Below are positions 1 to 9,065 of a stretch of DNA of 37,076 nucleotides, piece by piece. The stretch spans positions 1-37,076 of the forward strand of contig JAGDXZ010000053.1 in NCBI GenBank assembly GCA_023270015.1, in the 5' to 3' direction. How positions within the stretch are numbered: position 1 is the first letter of the stretch; the number at the start of each line of letters is the position of its first letter. The stretch is from Candidatus Micrarchaeota archaeon (GTDB taxonomy: Archaea; Micrarchaeota; Micrarchaeia; Micrarchaeales; CABMGC01). Both the position numbers and the translations under genes were made by a program. The notes below the pieces were generated by a model. The model saw only the letters and a list, made by a program, of their open reading frames with translations, was not told the DNA's origin and ran no database searches.

Positions 1-1807
1 TTGTCAAGGTTGTAGAGGTTGTGGAAGGACACCACGTTGGGAAATCGCCAGCTTCGAGTGAACAGCTATCTCCTGCCGGGCAGCCAGTGCTGCTGCATTC
101 TCCGATATAATCACAAGACCACCTAGTTCCGGACGGACATGAGCTTGGACCACCGATCCCTGATCCGCAATTAAATTGTTGAGACGTGTTTCCTGTGCAA
201 TCATTGTAGTTTACAGTGCAGTCCTTGTTCATATCATTATAGGCACACTCCCAAGTAACCGCAGTAGTAGATGTTGAGGAAGTGGTTGTAGAAGTAGAGG
301 TGGTTGTGGAAGTAGAGGAGGTTGTTGTGGAGGTTGAAGAAGTTGTTGTTGAGGTAGAGGAGGTTGTTGTGGATGTAGAGGAAGTTGAGGATGTTGTGGA
401 TGTAGAGGAAGTTGTTGATGTAGAAGTAGTAGTTGTTGTGGAATAGAAGTTGGCCTGCTCGCTTATTGGCGAGTTCATGGTTATGCTGGCAGTAGACGAA
501 GTACCAGTATAGCTTATTGTGCCAGTGCCAGTCCAGTTCTTGAAGAAATAGCCAGCGTTTGGCGCTTCACTGATTGTAACTGGCGCGCCTGAATAATACC
601 AGTAGTTGTTGTTATTCGGCGATGCAGAGACTGTGCCGCCATTAGACGGGTTTGCAGATAGAGTGAGGTAGTACTGTGTGGAGTAGTTAACTGTTACAGT
701 ACCGTTGGCGGTTGGAGTTATAGTGCCAGTAATGTTTGTTGCGCCTAGGCCGCTAGTGCTGTTCCAAACATACCTAACGCCAGCAGGGCCTGCAATCTGC
801 TGGGCAAAGGCATAGGTTATTGTTGCGCCAGATTTAAATGATAAAGTAAGAGGCAATTGGGCGCAGGTATATTGAACACCGTCTATCGTAACAACATAAG
901 CCGTTGAACCAGAAGGGCATACTACGCTAAATGTTTTGGGATTTATGGTAAAAGTAACATAAACAGGTGGCGTAAAATCAACAACGACGCTTGAGGTTAT
1001 GTTGGCAAAGCTGGCAGTAACGAGCACATTGCCCTGCTGCATGCTGCTTATCTCAGAATAGGCCTTGCCGTCGCTGCCGGTAGTTGTGACAGTAGGCGTT
1101 ATGTTTACAAAAGACACGTTCGCGGTGAAGTTGACTGTTGCGCCAGCAAGAGGATAGCCAAGCATCTTCACTGTTGCAACAAGGGGATCCTTGGCGCCGT
1201 TTGCAGCCTGGCTTGTGTTAAGCACGCTAAGCGAAATAGTTGCGGTTGTTGAGGAGAAGAGCGGAGAGACGTGGGCTGTGAAGCCGCCAAGGTAGGTTTG
1301 AGGCGCAGATGTTTTGCACAAGGTCGCATTGCCGCTCGGGCAAGGAATAGCAGACAAGTAGATTTTGCCGGATTCCAAAGCGCCGAGGGCAAGCGCCTTT
1401 TGAGGCAATGTCACATTGCATATTATAGCGCCGCCAGGCAGGACAAAACTAGGCAGGCAATTGCCGGCATACGCCACTCCGCTCACGTTCAATGAAACAG
1501 TAGGATTAAGCAAAGGATAGCTTTGCAGGTTTGAGAGAAACATGCCGACTTTTGTGCTGAGCGCATTTGAAGCAAATATCATGCCTTTGCAATACGCCCC
1601 GCTTACGAAAGTGCAGGAACTGGGAGCAATGTAGGAAGGCGCAAGTGTGAAATAAAGAAGCAGGGAAATTATGATTGCAATGATGAGTATTGCCCAGCTG
1701 TACGTCAGCAAATATTCCATTGCAGACTGGGCCTTCTTCTCGCCTAGAGACCTAACAGTAGCCTTGCTATTTCTGCGCCTTATCTGCCTCGACCTGCGCC
1801 TGGGCAT
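1..1807 (-). CDS. Large surface/adhesin-like protein with class III (prepilin-type) signal peptide, Ig-like domains, Ser/Thr stalk and Cys-rich domain; 3' end lies outside the window
   Basis: Hand translation from ATG 1807: MPRRRSRQIRRRNSKATVRSLGEKKA|QSAMEYLLTYSWAILIIAIIISLLLYF. It continues through a Big_1-like segment (LVATVKMLGYPLAGATVNFTA...TTGSDGKA), an InlB-B/Flg_new-like repeat (YYLTLSANPSNGGTVS...GYFFKNWTG), a TTTSSTS-rich linker and a 10-Cys domain. The frame stays open to the window edge, so it is absent from the ORF track. Confidence 0.9.
   Translation of the reverse strand, partial: MPRRRSRQIRRRNSKATVRSLGEKKAQSAMEYLLTYSWAILIIAIIISLLLYFTLAPSYIAPSSCTFVSGAYCKGMIFASNALSTKVGMFLSNLQSYPLLNPTVSLNVSGVAYAGNCLPSFVLPGGAIICNVTLPQKALALGALESGKIYLSAIPCPSGNATLCKTSAPQTYLGGFTAHVSPLFSSTTATISLSVLNTSQAANGAKDPLVATVKMLGYPLAGATVNFTANVSFVNITPTVTTTGSDGKAYSEISSMQQGNVLVTASFANITSSVVVDFTPPVYVTFTINPKTFSVVCPSGSTAYVVTIDGVQYTCAQLPLTLSFKSGATITYAFAQQIAGPAGVRYVWNSTSGLGATNITGTITPTANGTVTVNYSTQYYLTLSANPSNGGTVSASPNNNNYWYYSGAPVTISEAPNAGYFFKNWTGTGTISYTGTSSTASITMNSPISEQANFYSTTTTTSTSTTSSTSTTSSTSSTSTTTSSTSTTTSSTSTTTSSTSTTTSTSTTTSSTSTTAVTWECAYNDMNKDCTVNYNDCTGNTSQQFNCGSGIGGPSSCPSGTRWSCDYIGECSSTGCPAGDSCSLEAGDFPTWCPSTTSTTLT
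262..443 (-). repeat. Imperfect ~21-bp coding tandem repeat encoding a Ser/Thr (TTTSSTS)n stalk
   Basis: Plus strand shows recurring gtagaggaggttgttgtgga-like units; the minus-strand frame gives STTTTTSTSTTSSTSTTSSTSSTSTTTSSTSTTTSS. Confidence 0.9.
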
Positions 1808-1828
1808 TGCCTCAATATTAGAGGGATG

Positions 1829-1854
1829 AAAAGGTATTTAAAAGTATTTTTGCG
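1829..1854. promoter_or_regulatory. Putative bidirectional TATA/BRE promoter
   Basis: Palindromic TTTAAA at 1837-1842 is equidistant from the divergent ATGs at 1807 and 1872, with A-rich BRE-like flanks on both strands. Confidence 0.6.
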
Positions 1855-1871
1855 AAATCAAGATGGTATAA

Positions 1872-3689
1872 ATGAAAATATTGCACGCAATTCTATTCGC
1901 TACATTATTTGCGGTCGTAATTGCAGAACCTTATCAGCGGGTATTGCTTAATCAACAACTTTCCAATTTTAGCATACAATCCAATGTTTCAGATACGAGC
2001 ATACTTTGCCAGAATACTACCTTTGAAGGGAGCGAAATAACTGCTATGGGAAATGATATCAATGTGTCCTTTTATAATTGTAGCTTTGTAAACGTCAGCT
2101 TTTTATTAATGCCGCATACCAGCATATTTCTTGTAAGCCCCAAAAATTTAAAACTGACTAAGTTAGACATTGCGAATACTTCAAACCTAACCGTGGCGTA
2201 TTATCTAACCATCAATGTCTTCCATCCTTATGGATATAATACCACACTGTTTGGCAATCTCGCAGCTGGTTTTGCGTACATTTTGCCTTTGATCAATTAT
2301 ACAGTTAGCCTGCATAACGATGAGTTATTGATGTATGCTTTTTCTAACAAAAGCTTTAATGCGGAATTTAGCGAACTTAAGAAAAAAGTACCATTTGGAG
2401 TATATGGCATAAACTCGACAAAAATCTATGAAAACATGACTAACCTGACTTATGGAGAAATATTTGGCCATAAGCGTTTTCTTCTTGCTACAGAAACTTT
2501 TACAAACAACAAAACAATAAACTATAATCCTTACGAAATAGACTATTCTTTCTTGGGATACGACCAGCTTGTTATGTTTACCCTGAATATTAGTCAGGAT
2601 ATGAACCTTACTCCGTTTTATATAGAGCCGATCTTTCCAAAATTCAACTTTTATTATATTCCAGACAATGGCAGGGAAAATATTACCATAAAATATGTCA
2701 TAGCAGTGCCTCCGCAAGACTCAAATTGGAGCTTTACCGGTTATCTCTACCGATACCTACCTAAGTACTTTACAACAAATCCAAGAAAGGGCATAGGGCT
2801 ATACTCTTCTTTTACGCATGTGATAACTTTCCCAAGTCCTGCTAATTTCACCTATAATGGCACAAAATTTTACTATATTAACTATACCACAGTTCTCCCA
2901 ATAGGACTAAATTCCTCAATTATAACTACAAACGGGACAATACCTGGTATCGGAAGATTTATAGAAGATTCCACAACACCTTCTTTTAGCCTAGGCATTG
3001 CTTACTGCTCTTCTTATACTGTGAATCCTTTGCCTCCTTTGTCCGGTCTTACGATAAGCGAACCAGGGAGCTATCACATGGTTAAAAAACTCTTTCCTCT
3101 TTACGGAGATGCAATACCACAACTTGTAAATACCACATGCACTACTGGCTTGCTTATAAAGGGTCATGACATAAACATATTTTGTGACAACGGCACGATA
3201 AACGATACAGAATATGGGATAGCAATACTTAACTCAAGCAACATAAACATATACGGCTGCAGAATTACTGGCAACGGCATATACATAAACAATTCTGAAA
3301 GCATAAACTTTGAGAATACAACTTTGTCACCGGGCTCTGGCGGAGAATTTGCTGTCAAAATAGTAAATGCGCAAAATGTCAATTTTGTGAACCTTACAAT
3401 CGAAAACGGATTTCCTTCTTTATTTACATCGTATTCTTCAGCCGGCACGCCCGAATCACTTGGAATTAATATCTATGGATTGAAGATATGTAATGCAACA
3501 CAGCTGCAAAGGATAAAGCAATTTGCATTTGTTATAAACCCTCAATTAACATGCATGCCAAGTTGGCTAAGAAAACTATCAAAAATAAGCGGAATAGAAT
3601 GGCTCTACTTGCTCACCGCATTAGTTTTATTAGCATATGGCACTATTTTCTTTAAAAGTATTAGAAGAAGCAAAAGAAAGCGACACTGA
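1872..3689 (+). CDS. Secreted, C-terminally anchored surface protein with right-handed parallel beta-helix (NosD/CASH-like) repeats
   Basis: N-terminal signal peptide; TISEPGSY...GLLIKGHDINIFCDNGTI...YGIAILNSSNINIYGCRITGNGIYINNS beta-helix pattern; C-terminal TM followed by a basic tail (RRSKRKRH); many NxS/T sequons. Confidence 0.7.
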   Translation: MKILHAILFATLFAVVIAEPYQRVLLNQQLSNFSIQSNVSDTSILCQNTTFEGSEITAMGNDINVSFYNCSFVNVSFLLMPHTSIFLVSPKNLKLTKLDIANTSNLTVAYYLTINVFHPYGYNTTLFGNLAAGFAYILPLINYTVSLHNDELLMYAFSNKSFNAEFSELKKKVPFGVYGINSTKIYENMTNLTYGEIFGHKRFLLATETFTNNKTINYNPYEIDYSFLGYDQLVMFTLNISQDMNLTPFYIEPIFPKFNFYYIPDNGRENITIKYVIAVPPQDSNWSFTGYLYRYLPKYFTTNPRKGIGLYSSFTHVITFPSPANFTYNGTKFYYINYTTVLPIGLNSSIITTNGTIPGIGRFIEDSTTPSFSLGIAYCSSYTVNPLPPLSGLTISEPGSYHMVKKLFPLYGDAIPQLVNTTCTTGLLIKGHDINIFCDNGTINDTEYGIAILNSSNINIYGCRITGNGIYINNSESINFENTTLSPGSGGEFAVKIVNAQNVNFVNLTIENGFPSLFTSYSSAGTPESLGINIYGLKICNATQLQRIKQFAFVINPQLTCMPSWLRKLSKISGIEWLYLLTALVLLAYGTIFFKSIRRSKRKRH

Positions 3690-3695
3690 TAGGGT

Positions 3696-5432
3696 ATGAA
3701 TATGGCGATATTCGGGTTCATCGGTTCTCACGCCATGGAGCTCTATTTTGTTTATGCTGCAGGACTTTTTGCTTTATTGCTTGTATCTTTGATCGCCAAT
3801 GCTAGAAAAATCAAAGAAGCGCTGGAAGGTCTGGACAGGAAATGGCTTCTTTTGCCAGCGTTAGTTGTACTTGCCTTTTTGATTTCTGAAGTTTTGCTAG
3901 TAAAACCTACCTTTTGGATGTACAAAGATGAGTATATTGAAATGAGCATAGGCAAAGTAATGATTTTTAACCATGAAGCAGGCATATGTAGCTTTAACAT
4001 AGGAAATTACTGTATGCCTGATGGCATAGGCTTATTCCAGCAATCGGATGGTTGGCCCCTACTTTTTGCTATTGCTTTTTCTATATTCGGCGTTAGTTTT
4101 GCAACTGCATACAACCTTACCTTGCTGATGTCGTGCATATCAGTATTGCTTGTTTTCTTCATAATCTATCTTATATCGAAAAATAAAGAGGCGTCTTTGG
4201 TAGGCGCCATATTCCTAGCTTTCACTCCAGTATTCATGACTTACTCTCGCTCAACCACGCTAGATGTGCCTGCAGTGACTTTTGTTTTGCTCACGCTTTT
4301 TGCATCGTTAGTTTATCTTAACAACAAAAAGCTGGCTTCAGGAATAATGGTTGCGTCGGTAGCTGCATTCACAATGCTGATGCGAATAGAGCTGGGTTTA
4401 TTTGTACCTATATTACTTGCATTTCTGTTTTTACCCAATCTGCCTTCGTTTAATAAAAAAGAACTTCGGAACTTTGTTATTGCTCTTAGCATCTTTTTGC
4501 TTCTCGCTTTACCCGAATTCGCATTTATATATACTTCACTAACAGCTAACAAATTTGGCGCACCCAATGGCAGGATGTTTTCTTTTCAATATTTCAAAAC
4601 AAGCATAAAACCTGATTTGCTATTTTGGCTCGGTCTATATGCAAATGTATATAGCGGCCCATACGTATATCATGATGAATATCCTATAATTTATACTCTC
4701 TTAGGCGTCATTGGTGCGCTGTACTTGCTTAGGCACAAGAAGTCTTTTGCGGTTGCACTGATAACGTACTTCCTTCTCGTTATCATATTTTTCTCTTCGT
4801 TCTATGCAGGAAGCATATTTGGGGAGAGCGGCGCTAATCTGCGGTATTACTTACAAGATTTTGCAATCATGGCAATATTCGCTGCCTTAGGCAGCATAGC
4901 AATCATAGAATTTATCGCAAAAAGATATAAGCATCTGACCAAGTCTAATAAAAAATTAATCTTGCTAATAATAGTAGCTGCGGCATTGCTTATGCCAATC
5001 GTGTATATTAATAAAATTGTAATGTTGCCTCCTAGTAGCCTATATCCGTATGCGCCAGATAGGGCTGAGCTTAGCGCAGTTGAGCAGGTAGTAAATAAGA
5101 TACCGCAAAACTGCATAGTACTAAGTTATAAGCCACAATTATGGTACCTGCTTGGAAAGAATAGCATGTTCGCGGACTGGATATTTCTTCCAAACTACAA
5201 AAATCAAGCAGTAAATCTTTCTGATAATTGTATTTATTTTGATTACGGTACAGCTTGTTTAGGAGCGGGACCCTATCCGAATGGCAGCATGACAAGATGT
5301 AACCAAATCATGCAAGACTTCAATATGACACCGATCATAGCCGAACCTTATGATAAAGATGGATGGAATTTCACTATAGGCATTTATCATATAAATGGAT
5401 ATAAGAATAGTACAAAGTTGGGGAGCACATGA
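3696..5432 (+). CDS. GT-C fold membrane glycosyltransferase (PMT_2/ArnT/GT39-83-like)
   Basis: Multi-pass membrane protein; acidic KDEY motif in the first external loop; STTLDVP, MRIE and late RY motifs; soluble Cys-containing C-terminal domain. Confidence 0.8.
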   Translation: MNMAIFGFIGSHAMELYFVYAAGLFALLLVSLIANARKIKEALEGLDRKWLLLPALVVLAFLISEVLLVKPTFWMYKDEYIEMSIGKVMIFNHEAGICSFNIGNYCMPDGIGLFQQSDGWPLLFAIAFSIFGVSFATAYNLTLLMSCISVLLVFFIIYLISKNKEASLVGAIFLAFTPVFMTYSRSTTLDVPAVTFVLLTLFASLVYLNNKKLASGIMVASVAAFTMLMRIELGLFVPILLAFLFLPNLPSFNKKELRNFVIALSIFLLLALPEFAFIYTSLTANKFGAPNGRMFSFQYFKTSIKPDLLFWLGLYANVYSGPYVYHDEYPIIYTLLGVIGALYLLRHKKSFAVALITYFLLVIIFFSSFYAGSIFGESGANLRYYLQDFAIMAIFAALGSIAIIEFIAKRYKHLTKSNKKLILLIIVAAALLMPIVYINKIVMLPPSSLYPYAPDRAELSAVEQVVNKIPQNCIVLSYKPQLWYLLGKNSMFADWIFLPNYKNQAVNLSDNCIYFDYGTACLGAGPYPNGSMTRCNQIMQDFNMTPIIAEPYDKDGWNFTIGIYHINGYKNSTKLGST

Positions 5433-6835
5433 AAAATAAAATGAAAACAAATATACGCCACTCTAAAATATTGGCAGTTTTTATCTTGCTTATTATCGGC
5501 ATAACATTGATTTTACTCGCGTGGATGCAGGCATGTCAGAAAAGTTTTAATGGACAAAACGCAAGCACCGCCGTACTTCAGTATGACGGTTCGCCAACGC
5601 ACACTTATTTTGTCAACATAAATGTAGGCAACCTCAGTGTTGATGTTGGCCAAGCGATATTTGCAACGCCGACAATATATAGGGGGTCTCTTCTAGTTTC
5701 TACTATGGGAAATGAAACCGATTTAAACAATTCCAGATATGATCTTACCTATGGCGAATTATTCAGGATTAATTTAACGACCGGAAAGATCGTATGGAGC
5801 ATAAAATTTCCTGATCAGATAATGTCACAACCAATAACCGTAGGCAATATCATTATTGTAGCCATGGGGAATAATTTGGAAGTGCCTCCTCAGTATTATA
5901 ATACAAAGTATGGAATTTACGCTGTTGATTTTAATACAGGAAAAGTATTATGGAATGATACCACACAAATAACTAACATGCCTACTCCGGCATTCTATAA
6001 AGGGGTCATAATAGAGCCAAACGAAGGAGAGATAAATATAATAAACGTGTCAAACGGGCAAATAGTGAAAACCATATTTCTTGGAATACCAGACACACTT
6101 TCTTCGCCCATGATTTACAATAACACAGCTTACTTTGGCACATGCGAAGCTAGTGTTTATGGATTTAATGCTACAAATTTCAAACAAAAAGATGTCAAAA
6201 CAAACTGCTGGTTTTTTGCATTAGACCTTAGGAATTATTCAATAAAATGGAAGACGCATTTTCCATACGCTGGCGGAGGGTTAAACGATGTTTCGCCTGC
6301 ATATTGGCAAGGCAAAGTAATAACTGGCTACCTGTTTGAAAGCGATTATGAAGATCCCGTAATGGTGGCCATGAATTCATCTACGGGCAAGATAATATGG
6401 GAAGTTAATACTACTCAAATAAATTATACAATACAACCTAGCATACCGCCATGCATACCTTTCTGGTATAATCAAAATGCTATATCTCCAATAACAGTAG
6501 TAAATGGCACAGCATACTTCGATTCGAATTTTGACGGCAGGCTTGTGGCAGTTAACATAACTTCTGGCAAGCTTGAATGGGCACTAAGCACTGGAGGCCA
6601 AACGGAAAGCAATCCAAATACATTCTACGGAGGAAAATATCTCATAATTGCAAATGATTACGGGGATATGTTTGTTATAAACACCACTACCGGTAATCCG
6701 CTAAATGTGTTCTGTACCCATATTCCACATCTTGAAAATGAAGTTGTCATAACAAACAACAGTGCGATACTGGCAGGGATGAACGGCGAAATAAAGGCCT
6801 ATCCTCTTAAATCTTTGATAGGTGAGAATCAATGA
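5429..6835 (+). CDS. Membrane-anchored PQQ-like beta-propeller repeat protein (BamB-like)
   Basis: N-terminal TM; repeated blade motifs INLTTGKIVW, AVDFNTGKVLW, AMNSSTGKIIW, AVNITSGKLEW; ATGA overlap with the upstream gene. Confidence 0.85.
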   Translation: MKNKMKTNIRHSKILAVFILLIIGITLILLAWMQACQKSFNGQNASTAVLQYDGSPTHTYFVNINVGNLSVDVGQAIFATPTIYRGSLLVSTMGNETDLNNSRYDLTYGELFRINLTTGKIVWSIKFPDQIMSQPITVGNIIIVAMGNNLEVPPQYYNTKYGIYAVDFNTGKVLWNDTTQITNMPTPAFYKGVIIEPNEGEINIINVSNGQIVKTIFLGIPDTLSSPMIYNNTAYFGTCEASVYGFNATNFKQKDVKTNCWFFALDLRNYSIKWKTHFPYAGGGLNDVSPAYWQGKVITGYLFESDYEDPVMVAMNSSTGKIIWEVNTTQINYTIQPSIPPCIPFWYNQNAISPITVVNGTAYFDSNFDGRLVAVNITSGKLEWALSTGGQTESNPNTFYGGKYLIIANDYGDMFVINTTTGNPLNVFCTHIPHLENEVVITNNSAILAGMNGEIKAYPLKSLIGENQ

Positions 6836-8454
6836 AAGGTACTAAAAAGATTAATAAGAACATCATGCTACTGCTTTTGATAGAACTTTTTGGAATGGCA
6901 TTGTCTCTGTCATTTCTTAAAGGCCCGAGCGTATACGGCGATGACCCATTCTACTTGCAATACGTGCCTAGCATATTAAATGGTACATTTAAAGAAAGCA
7001 TAAACATTTTTTCATTAAGATTGCTTCTTATTTACCCGATATCTTGGAGTGTAGGCCTACTAGGCTATACAGACTTTGCGGCGGGCTTCTATCCGCTTGT
7101 ATCCTACTTGGTTCTCATAGCACTCATATATCTGATCGGTAAAGAGGCGTATAGCGAAAAAGCGGGCCTATTCGGAGCATTAGTGTTTTCTTTCTATCCT
7201 CTTGTTATAAAGTTTAACTCTGATCCGGATCCGATGTTGCCTCTGAGTATGTTTTTAGTTGCTGCCACCTATTTCTTCTTGCTTGGCATCAAGTACCGAA
7301 AGCATAGAGAGCGCAATTACGTTCTTTCAGGATTTCTTTCTTTCATGAGTTCGTTGATAAATCCGTTGGCTTACATATATGTTGTGTTTTTCCTTTTTTA
7401 TATGGTTGCCAATTTAATCTATCAATTCATAAAGAAAACCGAAAATAAGGACATATGGGCTCTGCCGTTATTTATCCTAGGTCTAGTAACCGCTGTCGTG
7501 GTGGTTGGATATATAAACATCCTACTTGCTAATGGAAAGCCTTTTTATGAATTTAACATGACCAACTACTATTATAGCGGAACTGGCGGGCCTGATGAAA
7601 TATACTATACAAATCCAAGTTTAACCTTCTATATACATACTTACTTTTTAGGCGTCTTACGGTATATGGCAAACTTGTTTACTATTCATGCGCCAATAGG
7701 AGTATCCAGTTATAACGAAGCGGGGTTATTCGGTTATGCTGCACTGATTGCTGCCGCTTACCTGATAGTACGCAACGATAAAAGATCTAGATTTCTACTG
7801 ATTTGGACTATTTTCATTGCGACCTATATGGAATTTGGAAGCATGAGCATAACACATTATGTGCCAATCTATAAATTAATGCGATTTACAGTAATTGTTG
7901 CCCCGCCTCTTTCACTTGTCATAGGTGCGGCTATGGCGAGATTTGCTTCTAATCAAAAGCATAAAAAGTTAGTAGAAAGCAGTACGATTTTAGTGCTTGC
8001 CCTATTGTTTATTACTTCTTTGCCCATCGATTACTATTTCTATTCTGTTAACCATAATATCATGCTGGTTGTAAAAACGGAAGCGAACGCACTTCTCCAT
8101 GCTCCAAACATAACACATGCACAAATCTATACACCGGGGTTGCTACAGTATTATTTGGAATATTATCTTCATTATGTCAATACTAGGGTGTTTTTCTACG
8201 ACAATGGGGCGTATGGCGGAGTCGTTTTGCCAACGTGCGAAAGCATACCAAATAACTCATACATAATCATACCTTCGGTAACTGACATCGCCGAAATGGA
8301 TATGGAAAATTTTTATCCAATAACAGAATCATGGGCAACGAATCCAAACGAATGCGGTCTTCAACTTTACCTGAATGTTTATTCTCTGCCAGTGCTCAAG
8401 CACAGTATAGAAGGCGCGCTAGGATATGCTGGAAATATTTATTATAAACCGTAA
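6832..8454 (+). CDS. GT-C fold membrane glycosyltransferase
   Basis: YGDDPFY acidic motif after TM1, many TM helices and a late MRF motif; GGTGA RBS at 6821-6825; ATGA overlap. Confidence 0.8.
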   Translation: MKGTKKINKNIMLLLLIELFGMALSLSFLKGPSVYGDDPFYLQYVPSILNGTFKESINIFSLRLLLIYPISWSVGLLGYTDFAAGFYPLVSYLVLIALIYLIGKEAYSEKAGLFGALVFSFYPLVIKFNSDPDPMLPLSMFLVAATYFFLLGIKYRKHRERNYVLSGFLSFMSSLINPLAYIYVVFFLFYMVANLIYQFIKKTENKDIWALPLFILGLVTAVVVVGYINILLANGKPFYEFNMTNYYYSGTGGPDEIYYTNPSLTFYIHTYFLGVLRYMANLFTIHAPIGVSSYNEAGLFGYAALIAAAYLIVRNDKRSRFLLIWTIFIATYMEFGSMSITHYVPIYKLMRFTVIVAPPLSLVIGAAMARFASNQKHKKLVESSTILVLALLFITSLPIDYYFYSVNHNIMLVVKTEANALLHAPNITHAQIYTPGLLQYYLEYYLHYVNTRVFFYDNGAYGGVVLPTCESIPNNSYIIIPSVTDIAEMDMENFYPITESWATNPNECGLQLYLNVYSLPVLKHSIEGALGYAGNIYYKP

Positions 8455-8512
8455 AGCCTGAACCAGGTTTAAAATTTATAAAGGCATAATCCTGTGTAAT
8501 ATTGGTGATTAA

Positions 8513-8974
8513 ATAAAACAAAGTTGGCGCTCAATAATATTATTTTTAATAGGAATAATAATAGGAGTAGCAATAGGGATATCTCTTGGACATATAAAAT
8601 CTAAAGCAGTAGAACAGAGCGTAATAAATGTGACCAACATCAATACAACTTATTTCGACATGCAAACTAACAAAGCGTATCCCGGAGGCGAATTGAAAGG
8701 TTTTGAGGCAAATACTGGAAAAAGTGTTTATTATACATTTACTGTAAATTATAGAAATTCTACATACAGCGAAACAATAGAGAACATAAGTGCGACAACA
8801 TCGGGTTTTAGCGTTGTAAAGGTTGTACCTGCTCTGCCATCAATCATACAACCAAATAGTGCCCAAACATTTAATCTAGCAATTGATCTTCCTAATACGT
8901 CATATGCAGGTCCTCTAAATTTGCTAATTCTTTATAAAGTAAATTACGTAACTAATTCAAGCAAAGGGCAATAG
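8513..8974 (+). CDS. Small membrane-anchored Ig-like/beta-sandwich protein; probable ATA start (track start GTG 8630)
   Basis: Frame is open from ATA 8513 (in-frame TAA at 8510) and encodes IKQSWRSIILFLIGIIIGVAIGISLGH, a TM/signal segment. GGTGA lies at 8504-8508. The downstream domain is beta-rich (TTSGFSVVKVVPALPSIIQPNS...LPNTSYAGPLNL). Confidence 0.7.
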   Translation: MKQSWRSIILFLIGIIIGVAIGISLGHIKSKAVEQSVINVTNINTTYFDMQTNKAYPGGELKGFEANTGKSVYYTFTVNYRNSTYSETIENISATTSGFSVVKVVPALPSIIQPNSAQTFNLAIDLPNTSYAGPLNLLILYKVNYVTNSSKGQ

Positions 8975-9065
8975 AAATTTATCTAAAACAAATTGGAAAG
9001 CAAACAAAAACGGAGGTCGAAAGTTAAACTTAAAAATTAATAATTAAGCAGTTTAAATTTTCTCT

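Noticed and set aside
262-443. Possible CRISPR array
   Set aside because: The units are contiguous, codon-phased and degenerate, with no unique spacers; this is a coding Ser/Thr repeat. No cas genes are in the window.
4-1495. Short track ORFs 4-204, 1168-1392, 1227-1421 and 1271-1495
   Set aside because: They are alternative-frame or antisense shadows of the long open minus-strand gene starting at 1807.
5429-6835. PQQ-dependent dehydrogenase
   Set aside because: Only generic propeller blade motifs are visible; I cannot identify catalytic residues and no pqq or cytochrome genes are nearby.
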